From assembly GCA_964504585.1 (NCBI GenBank), contig CAZDEW010000005.1, positions 5,082-69,081 on the forward strand: a DNA stretch of 64,000 bases. Direction: 5' to 3'. Made by a program: the position numbers and the translations under genes. The DNA comes from an uncultured Pseudomonadales bacterium. Its GTDB lineage: Bacteria > Pseudomonadota > Gammaproteobacteria > Pseudomonadales > UBA7434. Under the pieces are notes generated by a model. The model ran no database searches and was not told the DNA's origin. It worked only from the letters and a program-made list of their open reading frames with translations. Below are positions 54,721 through 63,096 of this stretch, piece after piece. Each line of letters begins with the position of its first letter. Position 1 is the first letter of the stretch.

Positions 54721-57150
54721 TTACTGGGCGGATAGTATTTCGATCTCGCCGTCTTCACTAATGATCGCACCTCGTTTGCCCAAGCGATATTCCCTACCAA
54801 GATAAATCAATGTCAATCCTTCAAAGGGGTTGTCAATCTCACGCCATAGGCGGGTGTTCTGATAAGAGGATCCCTTATCAATTTTTTTTGCCACCGCTGC
54901 GTAGTAGTTGCCTGGTGAGCCAGTACGAGGGCGAGGGGATGCGATCTGGTTTTTGCTCCACGTTGCTTTCTCGAGCGTCTTTCCGGTATAGCTTTGTGCA
55001 TCGCCCAGCTTTATTCGCACACCGGCCTGCAATGGAGAGTCGATTCGCAGCGTCCATCTCAGTTCATGCCACGCAGGCGAATAAATCAGTTGGCCATCGC
55101 GAGCGACGTTGTCAAACTCAATGGGACCTTTAATCCATACGTATTTTGGTGGCGGATAAGGGCCGTGACCCAGACGAATAGCGGCTTTAGCGTCTCCGGA
55201 TGCACTATGCATAATATCTTCGGCACCGGTAATGCGTGTGGCCTCGATGATAGTTGCAGCATCAATTGGATCGTCGCGCGTGTCGTCATGCTTGCCGTCT
55301 TTATCGATAAAGCCTGTTAACACGAGACCAAAGGGCAGTTCGCTGCCCGCACCCAGAGTCATGCGGCTAGATAATCGCGCCCAGGGGTTTCCGCGTATAG
55401 CGATTGCCTCGTGGTTAATGGTCTGGGTAATTCGCGCGCTGGGTACCTCGGGGTAGTGCGTGGGCGGTATTAGCGGGGGTGCTGGCATTAGGTGTAGCAG
55501 ACTATTTTGCATCGTCGCTTCGACAGGTCGATCGATTTCAATGTTGCCAGCATCGTCCTTTCCCCATTCGATAGCGAGCGGTGTGTGCACTCTTTCTTGT
55601 TTGAAAGGGCCTTTAACGTTGATCTTGAGCCGGATCGCTTTGTCATCGGGGTGACTGGAAAAGCCGTCGATCTTGGGCACGCAGCACTGTCTTGCATCCC
55701 AGCTGTGTTGCCCATCTATCGAGTATCCGATCGACGAGTAAGTCATTTCAAACGGGCTGTCTGCGTCCAGCCCGGAAAGATCTCTGACAAGAAAACCCTG
55801 CAAGCCGGCGGCGCCATACTCAAAGGTCACGCGCCCTGAGGCTTTCGAGAGTACGCCAAGGTCAAGCCCGCGATTGGCCAGGCTACTGCAGACGCCGTCA
55901 AGCTGTGCCCGTGCCGCGCCGGTTCCCGGGAAGTTGGTGCCCTGACTATAGGGATCGGAAAATACCACATCGAGTAGTGTTAGCGAGCGTATGGGGTTAG
56001 CTTCTCCATGCGCTCTTATTGTCACGCCCGAATCATAGAACTTCCCGGAGAGCGTAATATCGAGCAACTCTCGACCGGCCTTTTCGCGGGCCCAGCGTTT
56101 CTGTAGTTCCCTGGATGAATTTTTTGCAAGTGGCGCGGATTGAATAAAAAGGCCGTCGCCCCAGGTATGATTGAAGTCCGCATGGATTTGAACTTCGTGA
56201 GATTCTTCAGGCGCCTGCCTGGCTTTAGGTACGTCAATGCTGATCAAACCAGAGCCGGAAAACCACCGTATGCGTGGGTAGAAGCTTTCGTGGGCCCTGT
56301 TAATTGCGCCCGCTTGATAATACGGGTTCTTGCAGTTGCCCGCCTGTACGCGCCAGCGCGATCCCTGGGTCCATCCCCATGGCTTGCTGGCGTCAAAGCT
56401 CTCGTCTCTGAAGGTGACCCGATGTTGCGAGCCTGATTCGCCGACTCGTAAAACCTGTGGGGGTGCCGGGAAGTGCCACATGCGATGGTGGGACACGGGA
56501 CCCTCCCCATTGCCGACAGTCGCAGGGTGAGACTTATCGCTGTCTGCGACATTGTAAATCATGATGTCTGCGAGCGGCGATTTCATGACCAGCGTGTGCA
56601 TATGGCCCCAATCGATAAACGACATACGTGCATCGACAGCGGGTGGTCGCCAGAACAACTTGTCGCCCCAGTTTTGTTTTAAGCGATTTAGAAAAGGCGC
56701 TAAATCCTGGCCTTGCTCAAAAGGGTACCAGGCAAATTCTATTGGCTGCGAGTTGGTATTGAAGTCCACGCCCGGTGCTCCATCCCGCACCCAGGCCCAG
56801 CCAGACGCTTTCTCCCCACGGACCCTGACCAGTACCAGACCGTCGGACTGAAGATGTTGCGCGATGCCTTTTTGGGCGATAGCGCGGCCGCCAGCGATAT
56901 TGACGATCTGCCCTTCGTTGTCGGGTACGACATTGGCGAGGTCCACAAGATAGGGTTGATCAGAGGCCAGCGCGTATGAGCTCTGCGCGAAAATGAGGAC
57001 AGCGATAGCAAAAGATTTGGCAAATACTGTTGCAGCGGTAAGGTGCCCATCATCGAAGTTAAATTGGGTAATCCCCCTGCTAAGTTTTGTAGCGCACCGG
57101 GCGGTTGCCCGAAAATTGCAATAGAATTTACGCGGCCGGGAGGGGAGCAT
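54721..57150 (-). CDS. Large secreted protein of unknown function (candidate EPS-modifying or depolymerising enzyme)
   Basis: The ORF is open from 57237, and the first ATG-type start giving an N-terminal basic region is at 57150. A hydrophobic h-region and an AxA site (FAIAVLIFAQSSYALA/SD) lie about 60 aa in, so the true start is uncertain. About 770 aa of mature protein follow, with no family I recognise. It is the only gene on the minus strand in this part of the EPS locus. Confidence 0.65.
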   Translation of the reverse strand: MLPSRPRKFYCNFRATARCATKLSRGITQFNFDDGHLTAATVFAKSFAIAVLIFAQSSYALASDQPYLVDLANVVPDNEGQIVNIAGGRAIAQKGIAQHLQSDGLVLVRVRGEKASGWAWVRDGAPGVDFNTNSQPIEFAWYPFEQGQDLAPFLNRLKQNWGDKLFWRPPAVDARMSFIDWGHMHTLVMKSPLADIMIYNVADSDKSHPATVGNGEGPVSHHRMWHFPAPPQVLRVGESGSQHRVTFRDESFDASKPWGWTQGSRWRVQAGNCKNPYYQAGAINRAHESFYPRIRWFSGSGLISIDVPKARQAPEESHEVQIHADFNHTWGDGLFIQSAPLAKNSSRELQKRWAREKAGRELLDITLSGKFYDSGVTIRAHGEANPIRSLTLLDVVFSDPYSQGTNFPGTGAARAQLDGVCSSLANRGLDLGVLSKASGRVTFEYGAAGLQGFLVRDLSGLDADSPFEMTYSSIGYSIDGQHSWDARQCCVPKIDGFSSHPDDKAIRLKINVKGPFKQERVHTPLAIEWGKDDAGNIEIDRPVEATMQNSLLHLMPAPPLIPPTHYPEVPSARITQTINHEAIAIRGNPWARLSSRMTLGAGSELPFGLVLTGFIDKDGKHDDTRDDPIDAATIIEATRITGAEDIMHSASGDAKAAIRLGHGPYPPPKYVWIKGPIEFDNVARDGQLIYSPAWHELRWTLRIDSPLQAGVRIKLGDAQSYTGKTLEKATWSKNQIASPRPRTGSPGNYYAAVAKKIDKGSSYQNTRLWREIDNPFEGLTLIYLGREYRLGKRGAIISEDGEIEILSAQ

Positions 57151-57865
57151 GCGAGCGCGCCCTGCCCATACCGCAACTCGCGGTGACGCAGATCTGGGTA
57201 AACTGGCGTGGATTTGTCTGGCACTTGGTAAAGGCATGAGTCAGAGCTGTTGTCTTAAATAAATATAGGGCAGGCCTGAGTCTCGGCACGCTTAGCGGCG
57301 GCTTTGTTGAGGCCCCGTTGGCATTGTATTCCATGAAGTCGCGCTAACGGGAATCTTTAGAGCGCAGGAGACCTTGAGCAGCAATGGGTTCGAACCCTAT
57401 GGCTCCTCGAACGGGCGCTGCGTAATGTCTTCAATGTTCGCTGATAGTCAGGCTGATTTTGGGTGTTTTAACGCTAAAAATTTGCAGTTCATCTGTATTA
57501 CAACCTATTTCCGGTACAGGGTTTTGAACTACGCTTAAACTGTGTCCATGCGCCGAGATCTGGCACAGGCAAGACCGGGTGCGGCAGGTTTCGGTGAACG
57601 GATGAGAGTTTTTTGCACGTGGCAGAACACAAAGCCGCCGTGATTGCCAATTGTTCCGAGCTGCGAGAGCCGAAGGGCGACCGGACTCTTTTTCGAGTTG
57701 ACAGGCGCGAATCATCCGATGCTCACCATAGAAGCCAATCGCAAACCAATGGCGAACCAATGAAAGAAGATTACAGTCCCGAGAACCGCCAGTTGCGCAC
57801 CTGCCAGAATCACCCCCGAACTCGTGGCGCTACCATTTTGCGCAGGGAGTAAAGTGGTCGCGAGT

Positions 57866-59044
57866 ATGCAAAAGCAATGCATTGTTTTCGTTAGCAGCGT
57901 GTTTGATGAGGCTCGAGAGGGCCCGGCAATCTATGCTCGCTATCTATGGGACTTTTTCAGGGGGCATGATCAGATAGATTTTCATCTGGTTGTGCCCAGC
58001 AGCCCATTCGTGCATCCCAACATTCATATTGCCGATTCTGCCCGGGGGTCTATCGGCCTTTATACCAAGCTACAGGAAAAAGCTTTGGAGGTTGCAGGGC
58101 AATTTCCGCAATCTGTCATACATAGCAATTCGGCGCATACAGCCTGGCTGCTATCCCGGCACAGCGGCTCCGTCGTCCTGCAGGTCAACGACTATGACGC
58201 GGCGAGTGTGTATAGCAATACAGGGTTTTATCTCAGGCAGAGGCTTTTCAGGCGTTTTTTGTCCTTTGTCTGGAGGAATTTTAACGAACGCAAAGCGGTA
58301 AGCAAGTCTACGCTCACGATTTGCAACTCGGTTTTTACCAGAGATCAGTTATTACAGAGTTACCGCGTGCCGGAGAGTAAACTAGCGGTTATACACAAGG
58401 CGGTCGACACCTCGGCGTTTGCGCGTCCTGAATCCCCGCGAGTGCAAAGACCGCAACGTATCTACCCTGAGCGCGAGGACGGCTACCGGCTTTTGTTCGT
58501 GGGTACAAACTGGAAGAGAAAGGGGCTGGATGTATTGCTTGAAGCGGTTTCTATTGCACGCGAGAGTCTCCCTCAGATCACGCTGGACGTCGTAGGTCCC
58601 AAGCCTTCTGATTTATCGCCGCAGATCCATGAATTAATCGCGGAAAAACAATTGCAGGAGAGTGTCTACTTCTCGGGTGTTATCGGTCGAGAGGCTCTGC
58701 CCACACACTTTTGGGATGCTGACCTATATGTGCTGCCCAGCAGAGCAGAGGCTCTAGGTGTGTCTATTCTGGAGTCTTTAGCAGCTGGGCTGCCGGTCGT
58801 AGCCTCCCGTGTGGGTGGAATCCCGGAGATCCTGCAGGGTGCATCTGCAGGCGTGCTGGTGGATACTTTGCAAGGTGACGACTATGCGCGAGAAATTGTT
58901 GCTCTGCTGCGTGATCGAAACAGGCGTGAACAGATGCAAGTGGCTGCGGTTAAAAGAGCCCAGGACTTCAGTTCCAGGGTTATGTTGTCTAAGCTTGAAA
59001 CGTTATATCTATCCTTTGCGGCAGCGGGTAGGCCCTCCTTTTAG
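57866..59044 (+). CDS. Glycosyltransferase family 4 (GT1-type C-terminal domain)
   Basis: The start MQKQCIVFVSSVFD is at 57866; the ORF track opens at 57824. LLFVGTNWKRKGLDVLLEAV and the E-x7-E region YVLPSRAEALGVSILESLAAGLPVVASRVGGIPEI are present. Confidence 0.85.
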   Translation: MQKQCIVFVSSVFDEAREGPAIYARYLWDFFRGHDQIDFHLVVPSSPFVHPNIHIADSARGSIGLYTKLQEKALEVAGQFPQSVIHSNSAHTAWLLSRHSGSVVLQVNDYDAASVYSNTGFYLRQRLFRRFLSFVWRNFNERKAVSKSTLTICNSVFTRDQLLQSYRVPESKLAVIHKAVDTSAFARPESPRVQRPQRIYPEREDGYRLLFVGTNWKRKGLDVLLEAVSIARESLPQITLDVVGPKPSDLSPQIHELIAEKQLQESVYFSGVIGREALPTHFWDADLYVLPSRAEALGVSILESLAAGLPVVASRVGGIPEILQGASAGVLVDTLQGDDYAREIVALLRDRNRREQMQVAAVKRAQDFSSRVMLSKLETLYLSFAAAGRPSF

Positions 59045-59111
59045 GGCGGCGGGTGTTTTTAGCGATGTTTTACGGTAAGTTGTTGTATTGTCCACAGATC
59101 AATGAATTCGA

Positions 59112-60386
59112 GTGCCGGTAACAGTGAATAGTCAAGCACCTGCCAGAGTGAAGCCTAACAGAATCGCCGATTTGTTCTATTGGGCGGTATTGGCGATTAC
59201 TGCAGCTAACTACTCTTTTATCACCTTTGCGCAGGACTCCGATGAGTTGCTGTCCTCTCCGTTAAAGCCTCTTGCATATTCTCGGCTACCTATAGCAGCA
59301 TTAGGTGTTCTGTATATGATGTCTATTCGTAGAAGATATAGAAGCGATGTCGGGATCATGTCGGCGATATGGGTACTGATGTTCTCGCTAATGATGTCGG
59401 TTCCTTTCTCTTCTGATCTGACAACTGCGGCTACCTACGCTGTGTGGTTCTTTTTTCAGATCTTCTTTTTGCTGATGTATGTGAACCATGTGTTTGAAAC
59501 GGTGGGTTTTGAGCGGGCCAAGTTTAAGCTGGCCATGCCTTTGTTTCTATTCGGTGCATACTTCCTGTTGCTGACTCTTGCCGCCTTGCCAAACTATGTC
59601 ATAGGCAGGCCATTCCCTGCTTTGTACACGACTAGAGTTCAGGTTGCCATGCTGCTGCCATTACTCTTTGGTGGTGCCGCCTGTTGTTTTACCTATCTGG
59701 GGAAATCAATGGTGCGCAAATATTTGTTGTACGGATTTCTTTTCTTCGGTGTGCTGGTCATCCTTTTCTCAGGTAAAAGGGCGTCGATTGTATGTATGCT
59801 GTTGGTTGCGGCCGGATATTTCTTTGTATCGATGCGCTGGAGCGGCAGGATTTATGCGGTTTGTTTGGTTCCTGTGCTTTTGTCCATACTGATTTTCACC
59901 TCAGTGGGTGATACGGCAGTTGAGGCCTCTGAATTTACTGTTACCCGTGTCGAGAAAGGCTTCGATAGTGATACTGCGACGTCGATTAATGCGCGCTTCG
60001 GTATCTGGAGTAGTATTGGCCAGCTCGCGGCGAGCAAACCCCTAGGAATTGGCCTGAATGTTGGCAGGCAGGAAGTTGGTGGCGGCCTGCATAATACGTA
60101 TCTAGGTTTTCTGCTTGAGACGGGTTGGCTTTCAATTATTGCGGTGATCTATCTTTTACTGCTGGCGTTTTATCGAGGGTTTTTCAGCGCCGTGGATGCC
60201 AAGAAGGAAATGCTGCTTTATTTAGTTGTACCCTGCGCACTCTATAGCATTACCGAATACAACACTTCTCCTGGTCAGCCCCTTTTCGTACCGCTGTGGG
60301 TATCGATATTTTTCTGTCTATTGCGCGATCCGCGTAAGAAGCGGCGATCTAAAGCCGTAAATACCGCAAGGGTGGAGTATGGGTAG
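59112..60386 (+). CDS. O-antigen ligase/polymerase-like (Wzy_C-type) membrane protein
   Basis: 424-aa ORF with a GTG start and about 10-12 TM segments. A large loop follows SGKRASIVCMLL, and the motif GLHNTYLGFLLETGW resembles the Wzy_C H-N-x-Y/L-E-x-G core. GC is lower than in the flanks. Confidence 0.7.
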   Translation: MPVTVNSQAPARVKPNRIADLFYWAVLAITAANYSFITFAQDSDELLSSPLKPLAYSRLPIAALGVLYMMSIRRRYRSDVGIMSAIWVLMFSLMMSVPFSSDLTTAATYAVWFFFQIFFLLMYVNHVFETVGFERAKFKLAMPLFLFGAYFLLLTLAALPNYVIGRPFPALYTTRVQVAMLLPLLFGGAACCFTYLGKSMVRKYLLYGFLFFGVLVILFSGKRASIVCMLLVAAGYFFVSMRWSGRIYAVCLVPVLLSILIFTSVGDTAVEASEFTVTRVEKGFDSDTATSINARFGIWSSIGQLAASKPLGIGLNVGRQEVGGGLHNTYLGFLLETGWLSIIAVIYLLLLAFYRGFFSAVDAKKEMLLYLVVPCALYSITEYNTSPGQPLFVPLWVSIFFCLLRDPRKKRRSKAVNTARVEYG

Positions 60387-61221
60387 TAGGGCCAATAGCG
60401 GTAGAGCGCTAGTTTTTAGTCATATTCCAAAGACTGCGGGTACCAGCCTCAATCTTTTTTTGCGCGCTAATTTTGGGTCTCAGCTGCTGGCGGCCAGAGC
60501 CAGATCGGGAACCGGTGCCCATAAGGGCGCCTATACCAGCACTGACTACGAGAAAGATAAGTGGGTCTACCGGCGTGCCCGGTGTATTTCTGGTCACGAC
60601 GTCAAGCCCTGGGTAGATTTTGGTGAAAACGAAAATCATTTCGCCTGGTTTACCTTTTTACGCAATCCACAAAAGCGCTTTGTGTCGCTGTATGTGCATC
60701 AGCAAACCAACGGCATCGCCGAACACAAAATGGACTTGCTTGACTGGAGCGCCCGTTTCGATCGATCGGACGGGATGGTAAAGATGATTGCGGGTGAAAA
60801 GAGCCTCGACAAGGCGATTGAAATTTTGGAAACCAAGGTCGAGTTCGTCGGACTTACCGAGCGCTACGATGAATCACTCAAAATGTTGGTCGCTCACTTC
60901 GGCCTGAAAAATATGACCGTCGACAACTCTACTGTCATGATGAAGTCGCGCGCATCCGGCATCGCTGAATCCATCTTTGGTGACCTTGAAAAATACGGCG
61001 AGTGCCTTGAGCAGAATAATTTGCTGGATCAGAGGCTATATCAATACGTCGTCGATCGAATCTGGAGCAGGCAGGAACAAACGCTTGTCGCCGGTCAGGC
61101 GTATGTTGACTCCATGATTGAAAAGACGATTGCCAACCCGAATCGGCACCCGGGTTATCTTGGTTTCCAGCTCAAAGAAAAGCTCGTTTATCGAAGTTTG
61201 CTGAGGTTGGGCATTCTGTAA
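60379..61221 (+). CDS. Sulfotransferase family protein (Sulfotransfer_2-like)
   Basis: 280-aa ORF. The 5'-PSB-like motif FSHIPKTAGTSL and the 3'-PB-like motif FLRNPQKRFVSLY (RxPxxRxxS) are present. It overlaps the wzy-like stop by 8 nt. Confidence 0.8.
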   Translation: MGSRANSGRALVFSHIPKTAGTSLNLFLRANFGSQLLAARARSGTGAHKGAYTSTDYEKDKWVYRRARCISGHDVKPWVDFGENENHFAWFTFLRNPQKRFVSLYVHQQTNGIAEHKMDLLDWSARFDRSDGMVKMIAGEKSLDKAIEILETKVEFVGLTERYDESLKMLVAHFGLKNMTVDNSTVMMKSRASGIAESIFGDLEKYGECLEQNNLLDQRLYQYVVDRIWSRQEQTLVAGQAYVDSMIEKTIANPNRHPGYLGFQLKEKLVYRSLLRLGIL

Positions 61222-62340
61222 ATGAAGAGCCTTTTCATCATGCCAACTCTGGACCAAACGGTCGCCAGAAACTTTACCCATGTCAATAAATGGCGTGAAC
61301 ATGGACACGACACAATCGTTGCTGGTTTCTCACGGGGAGCGTCTGCCGGCCATGGCCGTGCAGTCGACATTATTCTCGGCGAGCATGGCCACGGTAAGCT
61401 CTTTTCCCGCATAAAGATGTACAAGGATTCCCTCACGACCTTAATGTCCTTATTACCCCGTACGCAGTTTGTTTTTGTCTACACGCTCGATAATTTTTTG
61501 ATCGCATGGATGGCAAAAGTGGCCGCGCGGAGTGATGTCAAAATCGTTCTGTTTTTAATGGATATTCGAGACGGTTTTGTCGGCATCGACTTGTTCAGCA
61601 AAATTGTCCAGCAGTACCTGATTTTCGCTTTTGATCAGTGTGAAGTTATCGCCGTCAGTTCCCGACACTTCATCGAAAACTTCTCCAGAAAATATCTAAA
61701 TCGCGAACCTGGCAAATGGATCGAAATTGAGAACAAGATCAATCCACGTGAAATCGGAGAGTTGAGCGCGCAGCCGCCGGCGGCGAGAGAAGGCCTTGTG
61801 ATTGGTTATATCGGTGCCCTGCGATGCCAGCGATCGCTGGAGGTTCTCTACAATCTGCTTGCCAACAACCGGAAGTTAAGTCTGCGAATCTCGGGCGTAT
61901 TTGTTAACGTTTCAGACGAAATCCGGAGTGCGCTGACAGAGCTACCCAATGTTGAATATACAGGCCCCTACAACAACCCGGACGATCTCGAAGATATCTA
62001 CCGCCAGATAGACATTGTATGGGCGTGTTATCCGTATTCTCCAAAAGTCGAGGGTAATTATCTTTGGGCGAAGACGAATCGCTTTTACGAGGCGGGCTTT
62101 TTCAAGAAACCGATGATCGCCAGTCTGGGTACAGTTGATGCGGAGTTTGTCGAGACTAACCAGATTGGTCTGGTGGTTGATTTGTCGTCCGTAGAGGCAG
62201 CCTGCCGCCAGCTCGATACTATCGATGGCGATCGCCTGCGATTCTGGGACGAGGGCTATCAGCGAATTCCCGAGTCCAAATTTGTGTACGGCGATGACTT
62301 CGCCCGTCTGTTTGAGCTGCTACAAAGAAAAGACCAATAA
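61222..62340 (+). CDS. Putative glycosyltransferase (GT-B-like), family unclear
   Basis: 372-aa ORF abutting the sulfotransferase stop. The C-terminal half (LVIGYIGALRCQRSLEVL..., NRFYEAGFFKKPMIASLGT) resembles a GT-B donor domain. The assignment is weak. Confidence 0.5.
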   Translation: MKSLFIMPTLDQTVARNFTHVNKWREHGHDTIVAGFSRGASAGHGRAVDIILGEHGHGKLFSRIKMYKDSLTTLMSLLPRTQFVFVYTLDNFLIAWMAKVAARSDVKIVLFLMDIRDGFVGIDLFSKIVQQYLIFAFDQCEVIAVSSRHFIENFSRKYLNREPGKWIEIENKINPREIGELSAQPPAAREGLVIGYIGALRCQRSLEVLYNLLANNRKLSLRISGVFVNVSDEIRSALTELPNVEYTGPYNNPDDLEDIYRQIDIVWACYPYSPKVEGNYLWAKTNRFYEAGFFKKPMIASLGTVDAEFVETNQIGLVVDLSSVEAACRQLDTIDGDRLRFWDEGYQRIPESKFVYGDDFARLFELLQRKDQ

Positions 62341-62467
62341 AATCAGTGGTATAAGCCAAGGAGCGGCACAGAAACGGGTTTCCACGCCGGGCGTCTTGCG
62401 CAAGCGGACGTTTTGTGATCAAATGTTAGTCCCCTTGGCCCCTCCGATTCAATTCGAGGGGGTTCAA

Positions 62468-62632
62468 ATGAATGTTTTACGTTCTAGGGTAAATCGAGGG
62501 CTCGCTGAGCTTTTCGTGTTTACGTTTACTAGGAGCTTTGCGGTTTGGGCTAGATTTAAGTATCCGGCTCACACCGAAGTGACTGAACGTCCGATCGCTA
62601 TCGATCAAACGCTCAGACCTGCGCACTCCTAG
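62468..62632 (+). CDS. Possible small protein (54 aa), unknown function
   Basis: ATG preceded by GAGGGGG 5 nt upstream, with a strong intrinsic terminator 18 nt after the stop. The sequence is MNVLRSRVNRGLAELFVFTFTRSFAVWARFKYPAHTEVTERPIAIDQTLRPAHS. I recognise no family, so coding status is uncertain. Confidence 0.25.
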   Translation: MNVLRSRVNRGLAELFVFTFTRSFAVWARFKYPAHTEVTERPIAIDQTLRPAHS

Positions 62633-62650
62633 CGAGCGCATTACCTTTCA

Positions 62651-62676
62651 AAAGCCCGCCTCTGGCGGGCTTTTGT
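62651..62676 (+). terminator. Rho-independent terminator (A-tract/T-tract flanked, potentially bidirectional)
   Basis: AAAGCCCGCC-TCT-GGCGGGCTTTTGTT. The 7-bp GC stem is extended by A/T pairs and followed by T4. Confidence 0.8.
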
Positions 62677-62690
62677 TATTCTGCATCGTT

Positions 62691-62790
62691 CTTTTTTGTG
62701 CGCTTACTCGCTTTTTTGTGCGCTTACTCGCTTTTTTGTGCGCTTACTCGCTTTCTTATACGCTTAGTCGCTTTCTTATACGCTTTCTCG
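62691..62790. repeat. 20-bp tandem repeat array (3 identical + 2 variant copies, decaying further to about 62850)
   Basis: Read directly: CTTTTTTGTGCGCTTACTCG three times (62691-62750), then CTTTCTTATACGCTTAGTCG and CTTTCTTATACGCTTTCTCG. Degenerate copies follow (CCTGTATTGCGCTTTTGAGC, ...). Confidence 0.9.
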
Positions 62791-63096
62791 CCTGTATTGC
62801 GCTTTTGAGCTTTCTCGCCCTTTTTGCGCCTTCCATCCTTCTTAAGCTTTCTCGCGATCGCTGATTAGCGTTCCCGCCTCCCTGCTTGTCCTGCTCCTTG
62901 CGCCGGTGGCAGCAGCGGATCTCATTTGTCCGCTTTGACTGCAATCTGTCCACTTGCCGCGCGGAGCTATGGCAATTCTGCGCGCTTTCCGGCATGGTGT
63001 GCGGCCGTTGAGGAAGCTGCAACTATCGACGTCTATACTGAGGTATTGGTCTTCCTGTTACTTATATGTATGGCCTTACTCCAATAACCCATAACT

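Noticed and set aside
57386-57397. GGGTTCGAACCC, a tRNA T-arm-like palindrome, considered as a possible tRNA gene or a tRNA-derived att remnant marking an island boundary.
   Set aside because: I could not fold the flanking ~75 nt into acceptor, D and anticodon arms. The candidate 3' acceptor strand GGCTCCT has no complementary 5' strand. No integrase or direct repeat is nearby.
57431-57760. A 109-aa minus-strand ORF in the divergent intergenic region.
   Set aside because: It has no RBS, a Cys/Arg-rich odd composition, and no family resemblance. It is probably non-coding.
62673-62864. A 63-aa plus-strand ORF (MLFCIVLFCALTRFFVRLLAF...) and the overlapping minus-strand 88-aa ORF (62756-63022).
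   Set aside because: The periodic peptide sequence is simply the translation of the 20-bp tandem DNA repeat. It is a repeat artefact rather than a gene.
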